This document shows positions 18,805-29,001 of a stretch of DNA of 53,070 nucleotides, in pieces. Within the stretch, counting starts at the first letter, position 1. Each line of letters starts with the position of its first letter. The notes beneath the pieces are model-generated. The model searched no databases. It was given only the letters and a program-made list of their open reading frames with translations, and had not been told where the DNA came from. Made by a program: the position numbers and the translations under genes. This stretch comes from Actinomycetota bacterium (GTDB lineage: Bacteria; Actinomycetota; Actinomycetes; Actinomycetales; Microbacteriaceae): contig JBEGRY010000001.1 in assembly GCA_041180265.1 (NCBI GenBank), forward strand, positions 1 to 53,070, in the 5' to 3' direction.

Positions 18805-19722
18805 TTAGTAGAGCACCACTGGAGCGTTCGGAGACGATACATCGAAGGTCACGCGATCAGTTTTTTTCTGATTCGCAATCAGTGCATCTAATACTTTCGA
18901 TTTCAAAACCGAATTCGATTGGTCACCCCAGATAATTTTCTGCCCGGCGTATCCGCGTAGTCGCAGAGTCACGTCGTCTTTTGATTTGGCATCGATTGCC
19001 GCTACCCGATCCAATAGCTCGGCGGGTAGCGCCAACAACACATCAATTGCCGCGCGATAAGTTGTTGAAGTTGCTGGATTACCGGTGATTGAAATTACCG
19101 GCAACTTTTCTGAACCGGTAGCGATTCCGATTTTTACTCCGGCCGGGTCATACAGGTAATTGGTGCCCGAAGTATTAATGATTCCGATTGGTTGCCGTTC
19201 AGCAATCACAATTTTCAGCGTGTGTGGTGGAACGCTGACCACCGAAAAACTTTCAATCAAAACGAATGGTTTTAGCGAATCCGAAATTTCACTTGCGCTA
19301 ACCTGTGGCAAGGGCTTGCCGATTTGACTCTTAAGCGCATTGACAATCGATTTTTCTTTAAGGCGATTAATGCCAGCAACTTCAATTTTTTCGACAGCCA
19401 GCAGTGGAGTCACATACGTTGCCAACACCAACAGCAGTAGCGTGCCGAATGAAATTAGCACAGTGCCAATTGCATATTTTTTACGGCGTGAGTATGCGGT
19501 AAACCTTCTCGCCTCTGGTGAAAGCTTCTGAAACAAGCCGCTGCTTTTCTGTCGAGTGCGAAGTCTAGAAAGTCTCTTCTGCTCACGTTTGTTGGTCTGT
19601 TTGTTCAGCTTGGTTGGTCGTGCGAGTTTTGCCGGCTTGGCTGGCTTTTTGGATTTGACCGGCTTGGTTGCCGGGGCCTTAGGTAGTGCAGCGCTACTCG
19701 GCCTGGACTGTGGTCTTTTCAA
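18805..19722 (-). CDS. ftsQ: cell division protein FtsQ/DivIB
   Basis: Basic N-terminal tail, one TM helix, POTRA domain, P.TL.I.I.ER.P and DVSSP. Lies between murC and ftsZ. Confidence 0.9.
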   Translation of the reverse strand: MKRPQSRPSSAALPKAPATKPVKSKKPAKPAKLARPTKLNKQTNKREQKRLSRLRTRQKSSGLFQKLSPEARRFTAYSRRKKYAIGTVLISFGTLLLLVLATYVTPLLAVEKIEVAGINRLKEKSIVNALKSQIGKPLPQVSASEISDSLKPFVLIESFSVVSVPPHTLKIVIAERQPIGIINTSGTNYLYDPAGVKIGIATGSEKLPVISITGNPATSTTYRAAIDVLLALPAELLDRVAAIDAKSKDDVTLRLRGYAGQKIIWGDQSNSVLKSKVLDALIANQKKTDRVTFDVSSPNAPVVLY

Positions 19723-19725
19723 AAC

Positions 19726-21114
19726 TTACTTCTCTAAAGCATCAAGCAATTCGGGAACCATACGGTAAATATCACCGCAACCCATGGTCATGATGAAATC
19801 ACCCTCGCCGGCAAGCTTTGCTGCAACTGCGGGCACATCTGCCCACTCTGGTACGTAATGCACCTGTGACTGATTCTTGAATGCATTTGAAACTAGAGCG
19901 CCGGTGACGCCGGGTTCTGGATCTTCACGTGCCGCATAGATATCGAGCACGACTACCTCATCAGATGCCGAAAGCGCTTCGGCGAATTCCTTTGCCATCA
20001 GTCTGGTGCGGCTGTAAAGGTGTGGCTGGAAAACGGTAATTAATTTTCCTTCGCCAACAACCGCACGAGCTGCCTTGATTGCGGCAGAAACTTCGGTTGG
20101 GTGATGCGCGAAATCGTCATAAACCGCCACCCCGCGTCGCGATCCGTGCAGTTGGAATCGTCTTTCGGTTCCACCAAAAGTTTCGATAGCAGCAAGAGAT
20201 TTTTGCGCGTCAAAGCCAAGCCCGACCATTACCGCAAAAGCGCCCGCGGCATTAATGGCATTGTGTTCACCAGGTACGCGCAGCCTTGCCGAATAGCTAC
20301 CACCCTGATATTCGAGTTGGAATGAAACTTGCGCACCACTGGCATCGATAGCCGAAAGACGCACGGTTGCGTCGTCGGCCTGGCCAAAAGTTAGTACGCG
20401 GTGATCTTTGATCAGCCTGGTGACTCGCACAGCTCCGGGGTCGTCGGAACTAATTGCAACAAAATCTTTGGCCCCCTGAGCAAAACGGGCGAACTCGGCT
20501 TCGAAGGCTTCTTCGCTGCCATAGTGATCAAGGTGATCTGCATCAACGTTGGTAATGAGTGCTACCGCTGTGTCGTAGTGCAGAAAAGAGCCATCTGACT
20601 CGTCTGCTTCAATCACAAACAGTTCGCCGCTGCCACTTGCCGACGAGGCGTTGATTGAGGCAATTACTCCGCCGTTTACAAAACTTGGGTCTTCGCCTAA
20701 TTCCAATAGTGCGGTGATAATCATTCCGGTGCTGGTGGTCTTGCCGTGTGCACCGGCAACCGCTATGACCCGACGCTTGGATGTCAGGTAAGCCAGCGCT
20801 TGCGATCTGTGAATTACTGGAATGCCAAGTTCTTTAGCTAGCACGTATTCGGGGTTGGTTGGCCACAGCGCCGATGTGACAACCACGGTGTCTGGATTGC
20901 CAAGGTTTTTGGCATCGTGGCCGATGTGAATCTCGGCACCAAGTTCGCGCAGGGCCGCAACATTCGAGGTGTCGCGTAAATCGCTGCCGGTCACCTTGTG
21001 CCCCATGCCCAACAAAATGCGCGCGATGCCACTCATGCCAGAGCCGCCGATTCCAACGAAGTGCACGGTGCCCAGATTGGCTGGCACCGGTTGGTTGAAA
21101 TCTGGTTTGATCAT
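19726..21114 (-). CDS. murC: UDP-N-acetylmuramate--amino acid ligase MurC
   Basis: [31 protein letters not shown] and FQPH motifs. Confidence 0.97.
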   Translation of the reverse strand: MIKPDFNQPVPANLGTVHFVGIGGSGMSGIARILLGMGHKVTGSDLRDTSNVAALRELGAEIHIGHDAKNLGNPDTVVVTSALWPTNPEYVLAKELGIPVIHRSQALAYLTSKRRVIAVAGAHGKTTSTGMIITALLELGEDPSFVNGGVIASINASSASGSGELFVIEADESDGSFLHYDTAVALITNVDADHLDHYGSEEAFEAEFARFAQGAKDFVAISSDDPGAVRVTRLIKDHRVLTFGQADDATVRLSAIDASGAQVSFQLEYQGGSYSARLRVPGEHNAINAAGAFAVMVGLGFDAQKSLAAIETFGGTERRFQLHGSRRGVAVYDDFAHHPTEVSAAIKAARAVVGEGKLITVFQPHLYSRTRLMAKEFAEALSASDEVVVLDIYAAREDPEPGVTGALVSNAFKNQSQVHYVPEWADVPAVAAKLAGEGDFIMTMGCGDIYRMVPELLDALEK

Positions 21115-21164
21115 GAGTTTCTTTCTGCTCTAAAGAAGAATAATTCGCAGGCCCAAGCTACCGG

Positions 21165-22232
21165 CTACAACACACCTTTGACGAGCTTCAAAAGTCTCGT
21201 GGTTGCATCGGCAATGCCGTGTTTTGCTGCGGCAGTAGCCATGGTTTTAACCTGGGCTGAATTTGAAATCATTGGAATCAATTCGTTTGCTACGTAGCTT
21301 GGGGTGAAATTTTCATCGGCAACGAGCAATCCGCCACCGGCTGCGACAAGTTCGGCGGCATTTAGTTTCTGTTCCCCGTTACCAACCGGATACGGCACAT
21401 AGACTGCGGGCAACCCGACCGCGGCAAATTCCGAGACGGTAGAAGACCCGGCTCTAGCAACGGCAAAGGTTGCGGCTTCAATAGCCTTAGCCATGTCATC
21501 GCAGTAGGCCAAGCGAACGTAATCTTTTTCGTGCAAATCAGGCAAGCCAGCCTTCTGTCCGACCAAATGTAAAACCTGAATTCCGGCAGCGCTCAAAATA
21601 TTTCTTGATGCCTCGATGGTTTCGTTAATGCGCTTCGCGCCCAATGACCCGCCGGTTACCAACAGAGTCACAGTTGCTTCGTCAAGACCAAAATGGCGAC
21701 GTGCCTCGGCCGGGGCTTTGCGCTCGGCCAGCCCCGCAATGTCGGCACGCAACGGCATTCCAATCAATTTTGCGTTCGGCAGTTTGGTCGCGGAAAACAC
21801 TGTTGCCACCGCCGCGGCCTTTTTTGCGCCAAATTTATTTGCCCAGCCAGCAAGCGCATTCGCCTCGTGCACCACATAAGGGATTTTCTTGTTTCGAGCC
21901 GCAACGTAAGCCGGCGCACTGGCATATCCACCGAAACCAACCACGGCATCGATTTTGTAATTGTCGATGTATTTCTCTACCTCGGTGACTGCTCGGTAGA
22001 AAGCGAAAGGAAACTTAACTGCCGCCGCATTCAATTTTCTTGGAAATGGTAGTCGCGCGACGGTCAACAGTTCGAAACCCTTAGCTGGTACCAAGCGCGC
22101 CTCTAGCCCCTCAGCGGTACCAAGTGCATAAACCTGGTTAGCACTCGAATCAGCCATGATCGCATCTGCAAGTGCAAGGAGCGGGTTGACGTGCCCGGCG
22201 GTGCCGCCACCGGCAAGGAGATAATTAGTCAT
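21165..22232 (-). CDS. murG: undecaprenyl-PP-MurNAc-pentapeptide GlcNAc transferase
   Basis: GGGTAGH, GFGGY, HEAN, GGSLGA and EQ..NA motifs. Confidence 0.97.
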   Translation of the reverse strand: MTNYLLAGGGTAGHVNPLLALADAIMADSSANQVYALGTAEGLEARLVPAKGFELLTVARLPFPRKLNAAAVKFPFAFYRAVTEVEKYIDNYKIDAVVGFGGYASAPAYVAARNKKIPYVVHEANALAGWANKFGAKKAAAVATVFSATKLPNAKLIGMPLRADIAGLAERKAPAEARRHFGLDEATVTLLVTGGSLGAKRINETIEASRNILSAAGIQVLHLVGQKAGLPDLHEKDYVRLAYCDDMAKAIEAATFAVARAGSSTVSEFAAVGLPAVYVPYPVGNGEQKLNAAELVAAGGGLLVADENFTPSYVANELIPMISNSAQVKTMATAAAKHGIADATTRLLKLVKGVL

Positions 22233-23503
22233 CGCGCCCTTCTAACTCGAGGGGTCACACCATTCGCGTGGTTTTCGCGCTCAATTGCCAAGACGATTCC
22301 GATTGCCATCAATGTTGCAATGAGCGATGAACCGCCGGCAGAAATTAGCGGCAACGGTACACCCAGCACCGGAAGCAATCGCAGAACTACGGCGATGTTA
22401 ATAAGCGCCTGAAATACGATCCACAACATAATTGCTTGCACGATGATGCGACTAAAGAAATCATTGGTGCGCTGCAAAATTTTCAAGAACGAAAATGCCA
22501 GCGCCAAGAACAGTGCAATAACCACCAGTGCACCAATTAACCCCAGCTCTTCGCCGATTATCGCAAAAATAAAGTCGTTCTCGACCTCGGGAATCCAACT
22601 CCATTTCATTTTGGATTCACCTAGACCGCTGCCAAAAATCTGACCCGCAGAAAGCGCCCACATGCCGTGTTCCGATTGCCAGTTGTAACCAATTGGATCT
22701 GGAGCCGACGGATTGATCCAGGCCATGATTCGGCCCATTCGCGAGGGACTCGAAAAAATTGCCAGTGGTATGCCGACTGCCAACACCATGAGAATTCGAG
22801 TAAGCATGGCGCCTGGCAGGCCAGCCAGCGCCATTGCACCCAGGAAAGTTACCGTCATTACCAACACGGTACCGAGGTCTTTACCGAGCATGACTAGACC
22901 CATGGCAACGGTGCACACCAAAATTGCGCGCATCCAAATTGAAGATTCGTCTAGGCGTTTGGCGTGCCCAGAAAGATAAGTAGCCAAGTAAACAATCACG
23001 CCGAACTTTAGAAACTCAGAGGGCTGAATGGTAAACAGACCAAAAACGCTGATCCAGTTTCGGTTACCGTTGATCTCTTTACCAATAACAAAAACTAGCA
23101 ACTGCCCAACCACGGTGAGCCCCAGCACCTGAGTTGCCTTGCTTCGTATGAATTCAGTCGGCATCAGAGAAATAAAAGACATCAAAACGAAACCGATTCC
23201 GGCAAATATGAACTGCTTGCCGGCTACCGAAAATGAGTTTCTGGTGGCGACCAACGAGTCAATCGAAGAAGCCGAGAGCACCATGATTAAACCAAAGGCA
23301 ACCAGGAAAAGTGTGACGCCGGCTAGTCGATAAAAATGCATTGACTGGGCTTTGAATACCCGGTCGAAAAATGCGCGAGTCGCCAAAGCAGCGGACGACC
23401 GCACGTCTGAAGCTGTGCGCGATAGCTTTGCCTTTTGCTTAGGCCTCGGCTTAGATTTTGGAGTTGCGGTTCTGGCTCGCTGCGCCGGCGAAAGTCGTGT
23501 CAT
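22229..23503 (-). CDS. ftsW: peptidoglycan glycosyltransferase FtsW (SEDS family)
   Basis: QPSEF.K, G.G.S..KW..PE..NDFIFAIIGEELG and PLIS.GGSS motifs. Confidence 0.96.
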   Translation of the reverse strand: MTRLSPAQRARTATPKSKPRPKQKAKLSRTASDVRSSAALATRAFFDRVFKAQSMHFYRLAGVTLFLVAFGLIMVLSASSIDSLVATRNSFSVAGKQFIFAGIGFVLMSFISLMPTEFIRSKATQVLGLTVVGQLLVFVIGKEINGNRNWISVFGLFTIQPSEFLKFGVIVYLATYLSGHAKRLDESSIWMRAILVCTVAMGLVMLGKDLGTVLVMTVTFLGAMALAGLPGAMLTRILMVLAVGIPLAIFSSPSRMGRIMAWINPSAPDPIGYNWQSEHGMWALSAGQIFGSGLGESKMKWSWIPEVENDFIFAIIGEELGLIGALVVIALFLALAFSFLKILQRTNDFFSRIIVQAIMLWIVFQALINIAVVLRLLPVLGVPLPLISAGGSSLIATLMAIGIVLAIERENHANGVTPRVRRAR

Positions 23504-24960
23504 TTCGACTCCCCCAGTAACTTTCGAACCTCGGTGGCGAATTGATTGCCGCGATCTTCATAGTCATTGAATTGATCCATCGAGGCGGCCGCTGGCGCTA
23601 ACAACACGGTGTCGCCGGCCACGGCAACGCTTGCCGCAATCGCAACCACCGATTTCATAACTTTGTCATCATCGGCTTCGTGCACAACCACGCTAGGCGC
23701 GTGTTTGGCCAATGCTTCAAGCACTTCTGCTCGATCCTTACCAATCACAATCGCAGATTTAATGCGCTTGGCGTACTGCTTCACCAGGCCGGAAATATCT
23801 ACGCCTTTGAGTAATCCTCCGACAACCCAAACTATGTTTTCAAAAGAATTAAGTGAAGCTGCAGCCGCGTGCGGATTCGTAGCCTTGGAATCATCAATCC
23901 AACGAATGCTGTTCTGTTCGGCGACCAGCTCAATACGGTGCGCGTCAAGTTTGAAATTAATCAGCGCTTCTCTAATTGCTGCCGGAGAAACATCAATCGA
24001 TCTGGCAAGTGCGGTTGCCGCCGCTGCGTTAGCCATCAGGTGTGGCGTAAGCACCCCAATATTGCTCAAGTCTTCGAGGGTGCAGATTTCTAGCGCGCTG
24101 TTCTGACGATCGTCTAGGAAAGCTCGGTCGCACAAAATGTTTTCAACAAAACCAACCTGCGATCGGCTTGGCATGCCAGTGGTGAAACCAATTGCTCGAG
24201 CACCTTCTTGAACATCTGCGTTCTCGACCATAGTCTCGGTCTTTGGATCATTCACGTTATAAACGCATGCCATCAATGTGTTTTCATAAATTTTGGCCTT
24301 GGCTGCTGCATACTGCTCAAATCCACCGTGCCAATCGAGATGGTCATCGGCAATGTTCAAAACCGCACTGGCGAAAGGTTCCAAGTGCTTGACATAGTGC
24401 AATTGAAAACTTGAGAGCTCAACGACCAGAGCGTCGAAGCCTTGGGGATCGCGAATGGCGTCAAGTATCGGCGTGCCGATGTTGCCCACCGCGGCAGCCC
24501 GAAGACCCCCAGAATTAAGCATCGCCTCTAGCATTTGCACGGTTGTGGTCTTGCCGTTGGTTCCGGTGATAGCAAACCACTTTGCCACCCGATCGGTTTT
24601 GTCACGCAGGCGCCAGGCAAGTTCAATGTCAACCCAAACTTCAATTGATTTTGACTCTGCCCAAACAAGCATTTCGTGCTGCGGCTTAACGCCTGGCGAA
24701 GTAACAATCAATTGCGGAGCAAATTCTTGAACTTGTTCTGGCAGCCCCTTGGCAGCCTCGCCGGTCAGGTGAGGCACACCAAGTACGTCGAGAATGTCGA
24801 GCAAATCGGCTTCGGCTTTCTCGGCAACTACCAAAACATTGGAGCCAAGTTCCGCCAGGGTGTCGGCTACAGAAAAACCACTTACACCCAAACCAAGAAC
24901 AACAACCCGCAGGTCTTTCCAGTTTGAGTGCCAGCTAGTTAGTGCGGCCAACTCGGACAT
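23500..24960 (-). CDS. murD: UDP-MurNAc-peptide--D-glutamate ligase
   Basis: GLGVSG, TGTNGKTT, ELSSFQL, DHLDWH, DDSKATN and PAAAS.DQF motifs. Confidence 0.97.
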   Translation of the reverse strand: MSELAALTSWHSNWKDLRVVVLGLGVSGFSVADTLAELGSNVLVVAEKAEADLLDILDVLGVPHLTGEAAKGLPEQVQEFAPQLIVTSPGVKPQHEMLVWAESKSIEVWVDIELAWRLRDKTDRVAKWFAITGTNGKTTTVQMLEAMLNSGGLRAAAVGNIGTPILDAIRDPQGFDALVVELSSFQLHYVKHLEPFASAVLNIADDHLDWHGGFEQYAAAKAKIYENTLMACVYNVNDPKTETMVENADVQEGARAIGFTTGMPSRSQVGFVENILCDRAFLDDRQNSALEICTLEDLSNIGVLTPHLMANAAAATALARSIDVSPAAIREALINFKLDAHRIELVAEQNSIRWIDDSKATNPHAAAASLNSFENIVWVVGGLLKGVDISGLVKQYAKRIKSAIVIGKDRAEVLEALAKHAPSVVVHEADDDKVMKSVVAIAASVAVAGDTVLLAPAAASMDQFNDYEDRGNQFATEVRKLLGESK

Positions 24961-26061
24961 TTATCCGTAAATCCATTCGATGTAGAAAAGGCCAATGCCA
25001 CTCAACACGCATAAGCCGGCGATGATCCAGAAACGAACCACAACTGTGATTTGTGCCCAGCCCTTCAGTTCAAAGTGGTGATGTAGTGGGCTCATTAAGA
25101 AGACTCGCTTGCCAGTGCCCGTGCGCCACTTGGTGAGTTTGAAAAATGCTCGCTGAATTACTACCGATCCGGTAACAATCACGAAGATTCCACCAATCAG
25201 AATTAATAGCAACTCGGTGCGAGAAAGAATTGCGAGTGCCGCCAATGCGCCACCAAGTCCCAGCGAACCTGTGTCGCCCATGAAAATTTGCGCCGGTGAA
25301 GTGTTGTACCAAAGAAAGCCGGTCAGTGCGCCAACGATTGCCGAGGCAACTACTGCCAAATCAAGTGGGTCTCGAACTGAATAACAACTAGTGATGTTTT
25401 CGACGACGGTACCGCAGGCTTGATTGAATTGCCAAAAACCGATCACCGTATAGGCACCGATCGCCATGATCGACGATCCGGTAGCTAGACCGTCAAGACC
25501 GTCGGCGATGTTCACGCCATTTGATGCACTAGCCACCAAGATGTAGATCCAGATTATGAAAAGAATTACTCCAATGATGGTGCCGAACATCATAAGATCT
25601 ACAGCTGAATCTCTAACCAACGAGATTTTTGTCGAGGCCGGTGTCAGCCCCTCTTGATTCGGAAACTGCAGGGCAAGAATCGCAAATACTGTTGCCACGA
25701 CACCTTGAAGGGCGATCTTTGCCCAACCGGTAAGACCGAGTGATCGCTGCTTGTGAGTCTTGATGAAATCGTCGATAAAACCAACTAGCCCTAAACCAAC
25801 CAACATCAGCAGCACTAAAAGTGCCGAGGCTGTAGGGGCTTCGAAGTTAGCTAACTTTCCAACAAAATATCCAAGCACCGCTGCCACAATGATGACCACG
25901 CCACCCATGGTTGGAGTGCCGTGCTTGGTGTGGTGAGACTGTGGTCCGTCTTCACGAATGAACTGCCCCCAACGCAACTTGCGGAATAGCCATATGAAGC
26001 CGGGAGTGACTAGAAGTGTGAACGCCATGGCGATACCGCCGGCGAGCAAAATCGCTCTCAA
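24961..26061 (-). CDS. mraY: phospho-MurNAc-pentapeptide transferase
   Basis: TPTMGG, DD, DGLDGL, FMGDTGS and PLHHHFE motifs. Confidence 0.98.
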   Translation of the reverse strand: MRAILLAGGIAMAFTLLVTPGFIWLFRKLRWGQFIREDGPQSHHTKHGTPTMGGVVIIVAAVLGYFVGKLANFEAPTASALLVLLMLVGLGLVGFIDDFIKTHKQRSLGLTGWAKIALQGVVATVFAILALQFPNQEGLTPASTKISLVRDSAVDLMMFGTIIGVILFIIWIYILVASASNGVNIADGLDGLATGSSIMAIGAYTVIGFWQFNQACGTVVENITSCYSVRDPLDLAVVASAIVGALTGFLWYNTSPAQIFMGDTGSLGLGGALAALAILSRTELLLILIGGIFVIVTGSVVIQRAFFKLTKWRTGTGKRVFLMSPLHHHFELKGWAQITVVVRFWIIAGLCVLSGIGLFYIEWIYG

Positions 26062-27458
26062 GAGTTGACCTCCACTAAATCGTCACCCAGGTGCCTCAAG
26101 TTTGCGGACTTCGAGGACTTCACCAGGACTAAATCACCAGCCACAAGCATTTCACGAAGATAGGCCAAAGCCTCGGCAATCGACTCAAAGTATTTTGACT
26201 CACCCGCCCAAGAACCCTCTTGTTCGGCACCCATATGAATTAGTTTTGCGCCGGCGCCCACCACGACTAGTTGATCGATGTTCAATCGAACTACCAATCG
26301 ACCGATGGCATCGTGTTGCTCACGCGAAGCACTTCCCAGCTCCGCCATCTCGCCCAGCACCGCTACCGTGCGTCGACCAGTGCGACCAAGTTGTGCCAGG
26401 GTTTGCAGGGCCGCTTTGGTGGAATCTGGGCTGGCGTTATATGCGTCATTAATAATGGTCACGCCGTCGCTACGCTGCATCAACTGCATGCGCCAGCGTT
26501 CAGCCAGCGGCATGTTCTCTAGGGCCTTGATCGCAGACGAGCGATCGATGCCTAGCTGATCGGCTACCGAAAGCGCAGCCAAGGCGTTCATCACGTGGTG
26601 CTCGCCCAGAATCTTGAGGTGCACTTTGCTTTCGGTTGCATCAGGGCGAGTCAAAGTGAATGCGGTGCCGTCGATTGAAAGTTCAAGTTCGGTGGCTCGA
26701 TAGTTAGAATCGGCCGAGGTGCCAAACCAAACTTTTTTCGACGAGCTGAGTTCGGCCATGTCGCGCACGTATCCATCATCGTGATTGAGCACCAGTGTGC
26801 CGCTGTCGTGCATGGCCACAACAAGCTCCGCTTTGATTTTCGCGGTGGTTTCGATTCCGCCAAATTCACCGACGTGCGCCAAACCAACTTTCAACACCAC
26901 TGCTATGTCTGGCCTGGCGATCTCGGCAAGATATTTAATGCTGCCCGGTCCGCCGGCCCCCAACTCGACAACTAGATACTTTGTAGATTCATCTACCTGC
27001 AAGATCGAATAGGGCGCGCCAACTTCATTGTTATATGACTCGATGGGTGCGATGGTCTTTCCGGCGCCGCTGAGAATTTCACCAAGCATGTTCTTAGTTG
27101 TGGTCTTGCCATTCGAACCGGTAACGCCAATAACTTTTAGCTCTGATACCTCTCGAACTTTGGCTAAGACATATTTGGCTAGTTCACCTAGGGCCGCAAC
27201 GGAATCTGGAACCAAGATTTGCGCAATTGAACTTGACTCCACTTTTTTTTGCACGATTGAGGCCACGGCCCCGGCTTGCCTTGCTTGTTCCACAAAAAGA
27301 TGTCCATCGGTTTCTTCACCGGGCTTGGCGACAAATAGTGCGCCTGCTTTGACCAGACGAGAATCGGTTTCAACCGAACCGGTAATTGTCACCGATTGAT
27401 CACCAATTACTGTGCCACCGATCGCGGCAGCAATTTGCTCTACAGTCAGCGCGATCAT
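26058..27458 (-). CDS. murF: UDP-MurNAc-tripeptide--D-Ala-D-Ala ligase
   Basis: [26 protein letters not shown] and LGEMAELG motifs. ATG 27458 overlaps the murE stop (ATGA). Confidence 0.96.
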   Translation of the reverse strand: MIALTVEQIAAAIGGTVIGDQSVTITGSVETDSRLVKAGALFVAKPGEETDGHLFVEQARQAGAVASIVQKKVESSSIAQILVPDSVAALGELAKYVLAKVREVSELKVIGVTGSNGKTTTKNMLGEILSGAGKTIAPIESYNNEVGAPYSILQVDESTKYLVVELGAGGPGSIKYLAEIARPDIAVVLKVGLAHVGEFGGIETTAKIKAELVVAMHDSGTLVLNHDDGYVRDMAELSSSKKVWFGTSADSNYRATELELSIDGTAFTLTRPDATESKVHLKILGEHHVMNALAALSVADQLGIDRSSAIKALENMPLAERWRMQLMQRSDGVTIINDAYNASPDSTKAALQTLAQLGRTGRRTVAVLGEMAELGSASREQHDAIGRLVVRLNIDQLVVVGAGAKLIHMGAEQEGSWAGESKYFESIAEALAYLREMLVAGDLVLVKSSKSANLRHLGDDLVEVNS

Positions 27459-28996
27459 GACCAACCGTTTTCGCTCAGAGCCTGACGCGCTTCGTGCCTT
27501 GCCGAGTATGGGGTTCGCACTCCGCGAATGTCGCGGTAATCCTGATGGCCTGGGCCAGCCCAAAGAATTGCATCGCCCGGCCCCGCAAGTGAAACAGCTT
27601 TTCTAATTGCCGCTTCGGGCGGCGAAACTTCATAGAGCTCTAGATTTGGACGAGCCTTCTTGGCCTCATCGCACAGGGTCTTGCGAATTGACGCTGGGTC
27701 TTCGAATCTAGGGTGATGATCGGTGATCACCAAAATATCTGACCCTTCGGCAGCTACCGCGGCCATCGCCGGGCGCTTAGATGCATCGCGATCTCCGTCG
27801 GCACCAAAGACCATGATTACTTTGCCCTCGGTTACTTTTCGCACGGCGGCGAGAGTGTTTAAGAATGCATCGGGGCTGTGCCCGAAGTCGACATAAACAT
27901 TTGGACCATTTTCACCGCTGACTCTCTCGGTGCGACCAGGCAAGTACGCATCGATGCCATTGGCAATTGCGGCGGCAATCTTGTTGGCATCAATGCCGGC
28001 TTCTACCAGCATGGCAATTGCTAGGCCGGCGTTTGCAGCCATGTGCGCACCCAGCAGTGGAATTCTGGTTCTGATGTTCACCGAGTTTGGTCCGGCAACC
28101 ACAAACGATGTGTACTTAGGTGTTTCGGCAGTAACAGCAACGTGCCAATCAGCATCGACACCTAGCTCGCTCGTGATGGTCACTACCGGAATTTCACTGG
28201 CTCGCATAACCTGCTTGCCATATTTAGAATCAAGACAAACCACTCCTCGATCTGCGCGGCGCTTGGTGAACAGCGGTAGTTTTGCCTCCAGGTATTCCTG
28301 CATGTCTTTGTAGTCATCTAGGTGGTCATGGCTGAGGTTGGTGAAACCCACCACGTCAAAGTGCAAGCCATCGACACGACGTTGACTCAACGCCTGAGCA
28401 GAAACTTCGATTGCCACCGAGGTCACTCCGCGTTCGCGCATGCGAGCAATTAACGCCTGCATTTCTGGCGACTCTGGCGTGGTCAAACGGCTGACAATAA
28501 CCTCACCGGCGATGTGGCGCTCGGCCGTTGAAGTTAAGCCGGTTGTTTCACCAAGCTGTCGCAAAATAGCCTCGAGCAAGTAACTGGTTGAGGTCTTGCC
28601 GTTGGTGCCAGTGGTCGCAAAAAGTTTAGGCATGTTTCCCGGCACATTGCCATAAACATACGCCGCAAAGTCACCGAGATGTGCGCGCGGATTTTCTTGA
28701 ATCAAAACCGGCACCTGGCAGGCGCCAATTAACTCAGCGCCGGTGGAATCTGTGAGGATGGCTACTGCACCTAGCTCAATTGCCTTTTCCACGAAGTTTG
28801 CACCGTGAGTTTTCTTGCCAGGCATCGCAACAAACAAATCGCCGGTACGAAGATCCGCTGTGTTCATACTGATGCCGGTAGCTGCTACCCCGGCTGCCGA
28901 GTCGCTTGAGTGCAAACCAAAGTGCGCAGCAAAATCTGCCAGGTTCACGGGCTTGACGTGATCTGGCCGAAGAATCGGCGGAATTTGTTCTTTCAT
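27455..28996 (-). CDS. murE: UDP-MurNAc-dipeptide--third amino acid ligase (MurE)
   Basis: TGTNGKTS, TTPE, EVS, TNLSHDHLD, PGR and G..GDRD..KR motifs. Non-canonical HHPR specificity loop. Confidence 0.93.
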   Translation of the reverse strand: MKEQIPPILRPDHVKPVNLADFAAHFGLHSSDSAAGVAATGISMNTADLRTGDLFVAMPGKKTHGANFVEKAIELGAVAILTDSTGAELIGACQVPVLIQENPRAHLGDFAAYVYGNVPGNMPKLFATTGTNGKTSTSYLLEAILRQLGETTGLTSTAERHIAGEVIVSRLTTPESPEMQALIARMRERGVTSVAIEVSAQALSQRRVDGLHFDVVGFTNLSHDHLDDYKDMQEYLEAKLPLFTKRRADRGVVCLDSKYGKQVMRASEIPVVTITSELGVDADWHVAVTAETPKYTSFVVAGPNSVNIRTRIPLLGAHMAANAGLAIAMLVEAGIDANKIAAAIANGIDAYLPGRTERVSGENGPNVYVDFGHSPDAFLNTLAAVRKVTEGKVIMVFGADGDRDASKRPAMAAVAAEGSDILVITDHHPRFEDPASIRKTLCDEAKKARPNLELYEVSPPEAAIRKAVSLAGPGDAILWAGPGHQDYRDIRGVRTPYSARHEARQALSENGWS

Positions 28997-29001
28997 AGGG
29001 T

